Both the position numbers and the translations under genes were made by a program. A model generated the notes under the pieces. The model was not told where the DNA came from. It did not search any database and was given only the letters and a program-made list of their open reading frames with translations. Below are positions 1 to 12,200 of a stretch of 64,000 nt of DNA, piece by piece. Each line of letters opens with the position of its first letter. The stretch's first letter is position 1. The stretch lies in assembly GCA_040954595.2 (NCBI GenBank), contig CM082593.2:1-64000 (forward strand), read 5' to 3'. Origin of the DNA: Balanoglossus misakiensis (taxonomy: Eukaryota; Animalia; Hemichordata).

Positions 1-3000
1 GTATCAGGTTTGGCCCTCCAGCTTCCGGTGGTAACCTGGCGGTCGAAGAAGGGTTGGGTATCAGGTTTGCCCTCCAGCTTCCGGTGGTAACCTGGCGGTC
101 GAAGAAGGGGTTGGGTATCAGGTTTGGCCTCCAGCTTCCGGTGGTAACCTGGCGGTCGAAGAAGGGGTTGGGTATCAGGTTTGGCCTCCAGCTTCCGGTG
201 GTAACCTGGCGTCGAAGAAGGGGTTGGGTATCAGGTTTGGCCTCCAGCTTCCGGTGGTAACCTGGCGGTCGAAGAAGGGGTTGGGTATCAGTTTGGCCTC
301 CAGCTTCCGGTGGTAACCTGGCGGTCGAAGAAGGGGTTGGGTATCAGGTTTGGCCTCCAGCTTCCGGTGGTAACCTGGCGGTCGAAGAAGGGGTTGGGTA
401 TCAGGTTTGGCCTCCAGCTTCCGGTGGTAACCTGGCGGTCGAAGAAGGGGTTGGGTATCAGGTTTGGCCTCCAGCTTCCGGTGGTAACCTGGCGGTCGAA
501 GAAGGGGTTGGGTATCAGGTTTGGCCTCCAGCTTCCGGTGGTAACCTGGCGGTCGAAGAAGGGTTGGGTATCAGGTTTGGCCTCCAGCTTCCGGTGGTAA
601 CCTGGCGGTCGAAGAAGGGGTTGGGTATCAGGTTTGGCCTCCAGCTTCCGGTGGTAACCTGGCGGTCGAAGAAGGGGTTGGGTATCAGGTTTGGCCTCCA
701 GCTTCCGGTGGTAACCTGGCGGTCGAAGAAGGGGTTGGGTATCAGGTTTGGCCTCCAGCTTCCGGTGGTAACCTGGCGGTCGAAGAAAGGGGTTGGGTAT
801 CAGGTTTGGCCTCCAGCTTCCGGTGGTAACCTGGCGGTCGAAGAAGGGGTTGGGTATCAGGTTTGGCCTCCAGCTTCCGGTGGTAACCTGGCGGTCGAAG
901 AAGGGTTGGGTATCAGGTTTGGCCTCCAGCTTCCGGTGGTAACCTGGCGGTCGAAGAAGGGGTTGGGTATCAGGTTTGGCCTCCAGCTTCCGGTGGTAAC
1001 CTGGCGGTCGAAGAAGGGGTTGGGTATCAGGTTTGGCCTCCAGCTTCCGGTGGTAACCTGGCGGTCGAAGAAGGGTTGGGTATCAGGTTTGGCCTCCAGC
1101 TTCCGGTGGTAACCTGGCGGTCGAAGAAGGGGTTGGGTATCAGGTTTGCCTCCAGCTTCCGGTGGTAACCTGGCGGTCGAAGAAGGGGTTGGGTATCAGG
1201 TTTGGCCTCCAGCTTCCGGTGGTAACCTGGCGGTCGAAGAAGGGGTTGGGTATCAGGTTTGGCCTCCAGCTTCCGGTGGTAACCTGGCGGTCGAAGAAGG
1301 GGTTGGGTATCAGGTTGGCCTCCAGCTTCCGGTGGTAACCTGGCGGTCGAAGAAGGGGTTGGGTATCAGGTTTGGCCTCCAGCTTCCGGTGGTAACCTGG
1401 CGGTCGAAGAAGGGGTTGGGTATCAGGTTTGGCCTCCAGCTTCCGGTGGTAACCTGGCGGTCGAAGAAGGGTTGGGTATCAGGTTTGGCCTCCAGCTTCC
1501 GGTGGTAACCTGGCGGTCGAAGAAGGGGTTGGGTATCAGGTTTGGCCTCCAGCTTCCGGTGGTAACCTGGCGGTCGAAGAAGGGGTTGGGTATCAGGTTT
1601 GCCCTCCAGCTTCCGGTGGTAACCTGGCGGTCGAAGAAGGGGTTGGGTATCAGGTTTGCCCTCCAGCTTCCGGTGGTAACCTGGCGGTCGAAGAAGGGGT
1701 TGGGTATCAGGTTTGCCCTCCAGCTTCCGGTGGTAACCTGGCGGTCGAAGAAGGGGTTGGGTATCAGGTTTGGCCTCCAGCTTCCGGTGGTAACCTGGCG
1801 GTCGAAGAAGGGGTTGGGTATCAGGTTTGGCCTCCAGCTTCCGGTGGTAACCTGGCGGTCGAAGAAGGGGTTGGGTATCAGGTTTGGCCCTCCAGCTTCC
1901 GGTGGTAACCTGGCGGTCGAAGAAGGGGTTGGGTATCAGGTTTGCCCTCCAGCTTCCGGTGGTAACCTGGCGGTCGAAGAAGGGGTTGGGTATCAGGTTT
2001 GGCCTCCAGCTTCCGGTGGTAACCTGGCGGTCGAAGAAGGGGTTGGGTATCAGGTTTGGCCTCCAGCTTCCGGTGGTAACCTGGCGGTCGAAGAAGGGGT
2101 TGGGTATCAGGTTTGGCCTCCAGCTTCCGGTGGTAACCTGGCGGTCGAAGAAGGGGTTGGGTATCAGGTTTGGCCTCCAGCTTCCGGTGGTAACCTGGCG
2201 GTCGAAGAAGGGGTTGGGTATCAGGTTTGGCCCTCCAGCTTCCGGTGGTAACCTGGCGGTCGAAGAAGGGGTTGGGTATCAGGTTTGCCCTCCAGCTTCC
2301 GGTGGTAACCTGGCGGTCGAAGAAGGGGTTGGGTATCAGGTTTGCCCTCCAGCTTCCGGTGGTAACCTGGCGGTCGAAGAAGGGGTTGGGTATCAGGTTT
2401 GCCCTCCAGCTTCCGGTGGTAACCTGGCGGTCGAAGAAGGGGTTGGGTATCAGGTTTGCCCTCCAGCTTCCGGTGGTAACCTGGCGGTCGAAGAAGGGGT
2501 TGGGTATCAGGTTTGCCCTCCAGCTTCCGGTGGTAACCTGGCGGTCGAAGAAGGGGTTGGGTATCAGGTTTGCCCTCCAGCTTCCGGTGGTAACCTGGCG
2601 GTCGAAGAAGGGGTTGGGTATCAGGTTTGCCCTCCAGCTTCCGGTGGTAACCTGGCGGTCGAAGAAGGGGTTGGGTATCAGGTTTGCCCTCCAGCTTCCG
2701 GTGGTAACCTGGCGGTCGAAGAAGGGGTTGGGTATCAGGTTTGCCCTCCAGCTTCCGGTGGTAACCTGGCGGTCGAAGAAGGGGTTGGGTATCAGGTTTG
2801 CCCTCCAGCTTCCGGTGGTAACCTGGCGGTCGAAGAAGGGGTTGGGTATCAGGTTTGCCCTCCAGCTTCCGGTGGTAACCTGGCGGTCGAAGAAGGGGTT
2901 GGGTATCAGGTTTGGCCTCCAGCTTCCGGTGGTAACCTGGCGGTCGAAGAAGGGGTTGGGTTTCAGGTTTGGCCTCCAGCTTCCGGTGGTAACCTGGCGG

Positions 3001-6000
3001 TCGAAGAAGGGGTTGGGTATCAGGTTTGGCCTCCAGCTTCCGGTGGTAACCTGGCGGTCGAAGAAGGGGTTGGGTATCAGGTTTGGCCTCCAGCTTCCGG
3101 TGGTAACCTGGCGGTCGAAGAAGGGGTTGGGTATCAGGTTTGGCCTCCAGCTTCCGGTGGTAACCTGGCGGTCGAAGAAGGGGTTGGGTTTCAGGTTTGG
3201 CCTCCAGCTTCCGGTGGTAACCTGGCGGTCGAAGAAGGGGTTGGGTATCAGGTTTGGCCTCCAGCTTCCGGTGGTAACCTGGCGGTCGAAGAAGGGGTTG
3301 GGTATCAGGTTTGGCCTCCAGCTTCCGGTGGTAACCTGGCGGTCGAAGAAGGGGTTGGGTATCAGGTTTGCCTCCAGCTTCCGGTGGTAACCTGGCGGTC
3401 GAAGAAGGGGTTGGGTATCAGGTTTGGCCTCCAGCTTCCGGTGGTAACCTGGCGGTCGAAGAAGGGGTTGGGTATCAGGTTTGGCCTCCAGCTTCCGGTG
3501 GTAACCTGGCGTCGAAGAAGGGGTTGGGTATCAGGTTTGGCCTCCAGCTTCCGGTGGTAACCTGGCGGTCGAAGAAGGGGTTGGGTATCAGGTTTGGCCT
3601 CCAGCTTCCGGTGGTAACCTGGCGGTCGAAGAAGGGGTTGGGTATCAGGTTTGGCCTCCAGCTTCCGGTGGTAACCTGGCGGTCGAAGAAGGGGTTGGGT
3701 ATCAGGTTTGCCTCCAGCTTCCGGTGGTAACCTGGCGGTCGAAGAAGGGGTTGGGTATCAGGTTTGGCCCTCCAGCTTCCGGTGGTAACCTGGCGGTCGA
3801 AGAAGGGGTTGGGTATCAGGTTTGCCCTCCAGCTTCCGGTGGTAACCTGGCGGTCGAAGAAGGGGTTGGGTTTCAGGTTTGGCCTCCAGCTTCCGGTGGT
3901 AACCTGGCGGTCGAAGAAGGGGTTGGGTATCAGGTTTGCCCTCCAGCTTCCGGTGGTAACCTGGCGGTCGAAGAAGGGGTTGGGTATCAGGTTTGCCCTC
4001 CAGCTTCCGGTGGTAACCTGGCGGTCGAAGAAGGGGTTGGGTATCAGGTTTGGCCTCCAGCTTCCGGTGGTAACCTGGCGGTCGAAGAAGGGGTTGGGTA
4101 TCAGGTTTGGCCTCCAGCTTCCGGTGGTAACCTGGCGGTCGAAGAAGGGGTTGGGTATCAGGTTTGGCCTCCAGCTTCCGGTGGTAACCTGGCGGTCGAA
4201 GAAGGGGTGGGTATCAGGTTTGGCCTCCAGCTTCCGGTGGTAACCTGGCGGTCGAAGAAGGGGTTGGGTATCAGGTTTGGCCTCCAGCTTCCGGTGGTAA
4301 CCTGGCGGTCGAAGAAGGGGTTGGGTATCAGGTTTGGCCTCCAGCTTCCGGTGGTAACTGGCGGTCGAAGAAGGGGTTGGGTATCAGGTTTGGCCTCCAG
4401 CTTCCGGTGGTAACCTGGCGGTCGAAGAAGGGGTTGGGTATCAGGTTTGGCCTCCAGCTTCCGGTGGTAACCTGGCGGTCGAAGAAGGGGTTGGGTATCA
4501 GGTTTGGCCTCCAGCTTCCGGTGGTAACCTGGCGGTCGAAGAAGGGGTTGGGTATCAGGTTTGGCCCTCCAGCTTCCGGTGGTAACCTGGCGGTCGAAGA
4601 AGGGGTTGGGTATCAGGTTTGCCCTCCAGCTTCCGGTGGTAACCTGGCGGTCGAAGAAGGGGTTGGGTATCAGGTTTGGCCTCCAGCTTCCGGTGGTAAC
4701 CTGGCGGTCGAAGAAGGGGTTGGGTATCAGGTTTGGCCTCCAGCTTCCGGTGGTAACCTGGCGGTCGAAGAAGGGGTTGGGTATCAGTTTGGCCTCCAGC
4801 TTCCGGTGGTAACCTGGCGGTCGAAGAAGGGGTTGGGTATCAGGTTTGGCCTCCAGCTTCCGGTGGTAACCTGGCGGTCGAAGAAGGGGTTGGGTATCAG
4901 GTTTGGCCTCCAGCTTCCGGTGGTAACCTGGCGGTCGAAGAAGGGGTTGGGTATCAGGTTTGGCCTCCAGCATCCGGTGGTAACCTGGCGGTCGAAGAAG
5001 GGGTTGGGTATCAGGTTTGCCCTCCAGCTTCCGGTGGTAACCTGGCGGTCGAAGAAGGGGTTGGGTATCAGGTTTGGCCTCCAGCTTCCGGTGGTAACCT
5101 GGCGGTCGAAGAAGGGGTTGGGTTTCAGGTTTGGCCTCCAGCTTCCGGTGGTAACCTGGCGGTCGAAGAAGGGGTTGGGTATCAGGTTTGGCCTCCAGCT
5201 TCCGGTGGTAACCTGGCGGTCGAAGAAGGGGTTGGGTATCAGGTTTGGCCTCCAGCTTCCGGTGGTAACCTGGCGGTCGAAGAAGGGGTTGGGTATCAGG
5301 TTTGGCCTCCAGCTTCCGGTGGTAACCTGGCGGTCGAAGAAGGGGTTGGGTATCAGGTTTGGCCTCCAGCTTCCGGTGGTAACCTGGCGGTCGAAGAAGG
5401 GGTTGGGTATCAGGTTTGGCCTCCAGCTTCCGGTGGTAACCTGGCGGTCGAAGAAGGGGTTGGGTATCAGGTTTGGCCTCCAGCTTCCGGTGGTAACCTG
5501 GCGGTCGAAGAAGGGGTTGGGTATCAGGTTTGGCCTCCAGCTTCCGGTGGTAACCTGGCGGTCGAAGAAGGGGTTGGGTATCAGGTTTGGCCTCCAGCTT
5601 CCGGTGGTAACCTGGCGGTCGAAGAAGGGGTTGGGTATCAGGTTTGGCCTCCAGCTTCCGGTGGTAACCTGGCGGTCGAAGAAGGGGTTGGGTATCAGGT
5701 TTGGCCTCCAGCTTCCGGTGGTAACCTGGCGGTCGAAGAAGGGGTTGGGTATCAGGTTTGGCCTCCAGCTTCCGGTGGTAACCTGGCGGTCGAAGAAGGG
5801 GTTGGGTATCAGGTTTGGCCTCCAGCTTCCGGTGGTAACCTGGCGGTCGAAGAAGGGGTTGGGTATCAGGTTTGGCCTCCAGCTTCCGGTGGTAACCTGG
5901 CGGTCGAAGAAGGGGTTGGGTATCAGGTTTGGCCTCCAGCTTCCGGTGGTAACCTGGCGGTCGAAGAAGGGGTTGGGTATCAGGTTTGGCCTCCAGCTTC

Positions 6001-6237
6001 CGGTGGTAACCTGGCGGTCGAAGAAGGGGTTGGGTATCAGGTTTGGCCTCCAGCTTCCGGTGGTAACCTGGCGGTCGAAGAAGGGGTTGGGTATCAGGTT
6101 TGGCCCCCAGCTTCCGGTGGTAACCTGGCGGTCGAAGAAGGGTTGGGTATCAGGTTTGGCCCCCAGCTTCCGGTGGTAACCTGGCGGTCGAAGAAGGGGT
6201 TGGGTATCAGGTTTGGCCCCCAGCTTCCGGTGGTAAC
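1..6237. repeat. 57-bp tandem satellite (~109 copies), unit GTATCAGGTTTGGCCTCCAGCTTCCGGTGGTAACCTGGCGGTCGAAGAAGGGGTTGG; open at the window's left edge
   Basis: Unit read directly; the 19-aa period in the ORF track (GLQLPVVTWRSKKGLGIRF) equals 57 bp. Copies are near-identical, with a few point variants and homopolymer indels. Confidence 0.98.
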
Positions 6238-9200
6238 GGCGCGGTGAATCCGGGCCAAGTTGCGGCGACTTCCGGTCGTAACGGCGCGGTGAATCCGGCG
6301 AAGTTTCTGGCGACTTTCGGTCATAACGGCGCGGTGAATCTGGGCCAAGTTGCCGGCGACTTCCGGTCGTAAAGGCGTGGTGAATCTGGGCCAAGTTGCC
6401 GGCGACTTCCTGTGGTAACGGCGCGGTGAATCTGGGCCAAGTTGCCGGAGACTTCCTGTTAATCCGGGCCAAGTTGCGGCGACTTCCGGTCGTAACGGCA
6501 CGGTGAATCTGGGCCAAGTTGCCGGCGACTTGCTGTCGTAACGGCGTGGTGAATCTGGGCCAAGTTGATGGCGACTTCCTGTGAATCCGGGCAAAGTTGC
6601 GGCGACTTCCGGTCGTAACGGCGCGGTGAATCTGGGCCAAGTTGCCGGCGATTTCCTGTGGTAACGGCGCGGTGAATCTGGGCCAAGTTGCCGGCGATTT
6701 CCTGTGGTAACGGCGCGGTGAATCTGGGCCAAGTTGCCGGCGATTTCCTGTGGTAACGGCGCGGTGAATCTGGGCCAAGTTGATGGTGACTTCCTGTGAA
6801 TCCGGGCCAAGTTGCCGGCGCCTTCCGGTGGTATCGGCGCGGTGAAACTAGGCCAAGTTGCCGGCGACTTTCGGTCATAACGGCGCGGCGAATCTGGGCC
6901 AAGTTGCCGGCGACTTCCGGTGGTAACGGCGCGGTGAATCTGGGCCAAGTTGCCGGCGATTTCCGGTGGTAACGGCGCGGTGAATCTGGGCCAAGTTGAT
7001 GGTGACTTCCTGTGAATCCGGGCCAAGTTGCCGGCGCCTTCCGGTGGTATCGGCGCGGTGAAACTAGGCCAAGTTGCCGGCGACTTCCTGTCGTAACGGC
7101 GCGGTGAATCTGGGCAAAGTTGCCGGCGACTTCCGGTCGTAACGGCGCGGTGAATCTGGGCCAAGTTGCCGTCGACTTCCGGTGGTAACGGCGCGGTGAA
7201 TCCGGGCCAAGTTGCGGCGACTTCCGGTCGTAACGGCGCGGTGAATCCGGGCGAAGTTTCTGGCGACTTTCGGTCATAACGGCGCGGTGAATCTGGGCCA
7301 AGTTGCCGGCGACTTCCGGTCGTAAAGGCGTGGTGAATCTGGGCCAAGTTGCCGGCGACTTCCTGTGGTAACGGCGCTGTGAATCTGGGCCAAGTTGCCG
7401 GAGACTTCCTGTTAATCCGGGCCAAGTTGCGGCGACTTCCGGTCGTAACGGCACGGTGAATCTGGGCCAAGTTGCCGACAACTTCCTGTGGTAACGGCGC
7501 GGTGAATCTGGGCCAAGTTGCCGGCGACTTCCGGTGGTAACGGCGCGGTGATTATGGGCCAAGTTGCCGGCGACTTCCTGTCGTAACGGCGCGGTGAATC
7601 TGGGCCAAGTTGCCGGCGATTTCCTGGGGTTAGGGTTAGGGTTAGGGTTAGGGTTAGGGTTAGGGTTAGGGTTAGGCGCGGTGAATCCGGGCGAAGTTGC
7701 CGGCGACTTTCGGTCATAATGGCGCGGCGAATCTGGGCCAAGTTTCTGGCGACTTTCGGTCATAACGGCGCGGTGAATCTGGGCCAAGTTGCCGGCGACT
7801 TCCGGTCGTAATGGCGTGGTGAATCTGGGCCAAGTTGCCGGCGACTTCCTGTGGTAACGGCGCGGTGAATCTGGGCCAAGTTGCCGGAGACTTCCTGTTA
7901 ATCCGGGCCAAGTTGCGGCGACTTCCCGGTCGTAACGGCACGGTGAATCTGGGCCAAGTTGCCGGAAACTTCCTGTGGTAACGGCGCGGTGAATCTGGGC
8001 CAAGTTGCGGCGACTCCGGTCGTAACGGCGCGGTGAATCCGGGCGAAGTTGCCGGCGACTTTCGGTCATAATGGCGCGGCGAATCTGGGCCAAGTTGCCG
8101 GCGACTTCCGGTCGTAATGGCGTGGTGAATCTGGGCCAAGTTGCCGGCGACTTCCTGTGGTAACGGCGCGGTGAATCTGGGCCAAGTTGATGGCGACTTC
8201 CTGTGAATCCGGGCCAAGTTGCGGCGACTTCCGGTCGTAACGGCGCGGTGAATCTGGGCCAAGTTGCCGGCGATTTCCTGTGGTAACGGCGCGGTGAATC
8301 TGGGCCAAGTTGATGGTTACTTCCTGTGAATCCGGGCCAAGTTGCCGGCGACTTCCGGTGGTAACGGCGGGGTGAATCTGGGCCAAGTTGCCGGCGACTT
8401 CCTGTCGTAACGGCACGGTGAATCTGGGCCAACTTGCCGGTGACTTCCGGTCGTAATGGCGTGGTGAATCTGGACCAAGTTGCCGGCGACTTCCTGTGGT
8501 AACGGCGCGGTGAATCTGGGCCAAGTTGATGGCGACTTCCTGTGAATCTTGGCCAAGTTGATGGCGACTTCCGGTGGTAACGGCGGGGTGAATCTGGGCC
8601 AAGTTGATGGCGACTTCCTGTGAATCTTGGCCAAGTTGCCGGCGACTTCCTGTGGTAACGGCGCGGTGAATCTGGGCCAAGTTGATGGCGACTTCCTGTG
8701 AATCTTGGCCAAGTTGATGGCGACTTCCTGTGGTAACGGCGCGGTGAATCTGGGCCAAGTTGATGGCGACTTCCTGTGAATCCGGGCCAAGTTGCCGGCG
8801 ACTTCCGGTGGTAACGGCGGGGTGAATCTGGGCCAAGTTGCCGGCGACTTCCTGTCGTAACGGCACGGTGAATCTGGGCCAACTTGCCGGTGACTTCCGG
8901 TCGTAATGGCGTGGTGAATCTGGACCAAGTTGCCGGCGACTTCCTGTGCTAACGGCGCGGTGAATCTGGGCCAAGTTGATGGCGACTTCCTGTGAATCTT
9001 GGCCAAGTTGATGGCGACTTCCTGTGAATCCGGGCGAAGTTGCCGGCGACTTTCGGTCATAACGGCGCGGTGAATCTGGGCCAAGTTGCCGGCGACTTCC
9101 GGTCGTAATGGCGTGGTGAATCTGGGCCAAGTTGCCGGCGACTTCCTGTGGTAACGGCGCGGTGAATCTGGGCCAAGTTGATGGCGACTTCCTGTGAATC

Positions 9201-12200
9201 CGGGCCAAGTTGCGGCGACTTCCGGTCGTAACGGCGCGGTGAATCTGGGCCAAGTTGCCGGAGATTTCCTGTGGTAACGGCGCGGTTAATCTGGGCCAAG
9301 TTGATGGTTACTTCCTGTGAATCCGGGCCAAGTTGCCGGCGACTTCCGGTGGTAACGGCGGGGTGAATCTGGGCCAAGTTGCCGGCGACTTCCTGTCGTA
9401 ACGGCACGGTGAATCTGGGCCAACTTGCCGGTGACTTCCGGTCGTAATGGCGTGGTGAATCTGGACCAAGTTGCCGGCGACTTCCTGTGGTAACGGCGCG
9501 GTGAATTTGGGCCAAGTTGCCGGCGACTTCCTGTGGTAACGGCGCGGTGAATCTGGGCCAAGTTGATGGCGACTTCCTGTGAATCTTGGCCAAGTTGATG
9601 GCGACTTCCTGTGAATCCGGGCCAAGTTGCCGGCGACTTCCGGTGGTAACGGCGCGGTGAATCTGGGCCAAGTTGCCGGCGACTTCTGGTCGTAATGGCG
9701 TGGTGAATCTGGGCCAAGTTGCCGGCGACTTCCTGTGGTAAAGGCGGGGTGAATCTGGGCCAAGTTGATGGCGACTTCCTGTGAATCCGGGCAAAGTTGC
9801 GGCGACTTCCGGTCGTAACGGCGCGGTGAATCTGGGCCAAGTTGCCGGCGATTTCCTGTGGTAACGGCGCGGTGAATCTGGGCCAAGTTGATGGTGACTT
9901 CCTGTGAATCCGGGCCAAGTTGCCGGCGCCTTCCGGTGGTATCGGCGCGGTGAAACTAGGCCAAGTTGCCGGCGACTTCCTGTCGTAACGGCGCGGTGAA
10001 TCAGGGCAAAGTTGCCGGCGACTTCCGGTCGTAACGGCGCGGTGAATCTGGGCCAAGTTGCCGTCGACTTCCGGTGGTAACGGCGCGGTGAATCCGGGCC
10101 AAGTTGCGGCGACTTCCGGTCGTAACGGCGCGGTGAATCCGGGCGAAGTTTCTGGCGACTTTCGGTCATAACGGCGCGGTGAATCTGGGCCAAGTTGCCG
10201 GCGACTTCCGGTCGTAATGGCGTGGTGAATCTGGGCCAAGTTGCCGGCGACTTCCGGTGGTAACGGCGCGGTGAAACTAAGCCAAGTTGCCGGCGACTTC
10301 CTGTCGTAACGGCGCGGTGAATCTGGGCAAAGTTGCCGGCGACTTCCTGTGAATCCGGGCCAAGTTGCCGGCGACTTCCTGTCGTAACGGCGCGGTGAAT
10401 CTGGGCAAAGTTGCCGGCGACTTCCGGTCGTAACGGCACGGTGAATCCGGGCCAAGTTGCCGGCGACTTCCGGTGGTAACGGCGCGGTGAATCTGGGCCA
10501 AGTTGCCGGCGACTTCCTGTGAATCCGGGCCAAGTTACGGCGACTTCCGGTCGTAACGGCGCGGTGAATCTGGGCAAAGTTGCCGGCGACTTCCGGTCGT
10601 AACGGCGCGGTGAATCCGGGCCAAGTTGATGGCGACTTCCTGTGAATCCAGGCCAAGTTGCCGGCGACTTCCGGTGGTAACGGCGCGGTGAAACTGGGCC
10701 AAGTTCCCGGCGACTTCCTGTCTTAACGGCGCGGTGAATCTGGGCAAAGTTGCCGGCGACTTCCGGTCGTAACGGCGCGGTGAATCCGGGCCTAGTTGCC
10801 GGCGACTTCCGGTGGTAACGGCGCGGTGAATCTGGGCCAAGTTGCCGGCGATTTCCTGTGGTAACGGCGCGGTGAATCTGGGCCAAGTTGATGGCGACTT
10901 CCTGTGAATCCGGGCCAAGTTGCCGGCGACTTCCGGTGGTAACGGCGCGGTGAAACTGGGCCATGTTGCCGGCGACTTCCTGTGAATCCGGGCCAAGTTG
11001 CGGCGACTTCCGGTCGTAACGGCGCTGTGAATCTAGGCCAAGTTGCCGGCAACTTCCTGTGGTAACGGCGCGGTGAATCCGGGCCAAGTTGCGGCGACTT
11101 CCAGTCGTAACGGCGCGGTGAATCCAGGCCAAGTTGCCGGCGACTTCCGGTCGTAACGGCGCGGTGAAACTGGGCCAAGTTGCCGTTGATTTCCTGTGGT
11201 AACGGCGCGGTGAATATGGGCCAAGTTGATGGCGACTTCCTGTGAATCCGGGCCAAGTTGCCGGCGACTTCCGGTGGTAACGGCGCGGTGAAACTGAGCC
11301 AAGTTGCCGGCGACTTCCTGTCGTAACGGCGCGGTGAATCTGGGCAAAATTGCCGGCGACTTCCGGTCGTAACGGCGCGGTGAATCCGGGCCAAGTTGAT
11401 GGCGACTTCCTGTGAATCCGGGCCAAGTTGCCGGCGACTTCCTGTCGTAACGGCGCGGTGAATCAGGGCAAAGTTGCCCGCGACTTCCGGTCGTAACGGC
11501 GCGGTGAATCCGGGCCAAGTTGCCGGCGACTTCCGGTGGTAACGGCGCGGTGAATCTGGGCCAAGTTGCCGGCGACTTCCTGTGAATCCGGGCCAAGTTA
11601 CGGCGACTTCCGGTCGTAACGGCGCGGTGAATCTGGGCAAAGTTGCCGGCGACTTCCGGTCGTAACGGCGCGGTGAATCCGGGCCAAGTTGATGGCGACT
11701 TCCTGTGAATCCGGGCCAAGTTGCCGGCGACTTCCGGTGGTAACGGCGCGGTGAAACTGGGCCAAGTTCCCGGCGACTTCCTGTCTTAACGGCGCGGTGA
11801 ATCTGGGCAAAGTTGCCGGCGACTTCCGGTCGTAACGGCGCGGTGAATCCGGGCCAAGTTTCCGGCGACTTCCGGTGGTAACGGCGCGGTGAAACTGGGC
11901 CAAGTTGCCGGCGACTTCCTGTCGTAACGGCGCGGTGAATCTGGGCAAAGTTGCCGGCGACTTCCGGTCGTAACGGCGCGGTGAATCCGGGCCAAGTTGA
12001 TGGCGACTTCCTGTGAATCCGGGCCAAGTTGCCGGCGACTTCCGGTCGTAACGGCGCGGTGAATCCGGGCCAAGTTGCGGCGACTTCCGGTCGTAACGGC
12101 GCGGTGAATCCGGGCCAAGTTGCCGGCGACTTCCGGTGGTAACGGCGCGGTGAAACTAGGCCAAGTTGCCGGCGACTTCCGGTCGTAATGGCGTGGTGAA

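Noticed and set aside
1-4800. Single-base indels in GGGG/TTT/GG runs of the 57-mer as biological variants
   Set aside because: Concentrated toward the window edge and nearly absent from ~4.8-6.1 kb, which fits low-coverage homopolymer sequencing errors.
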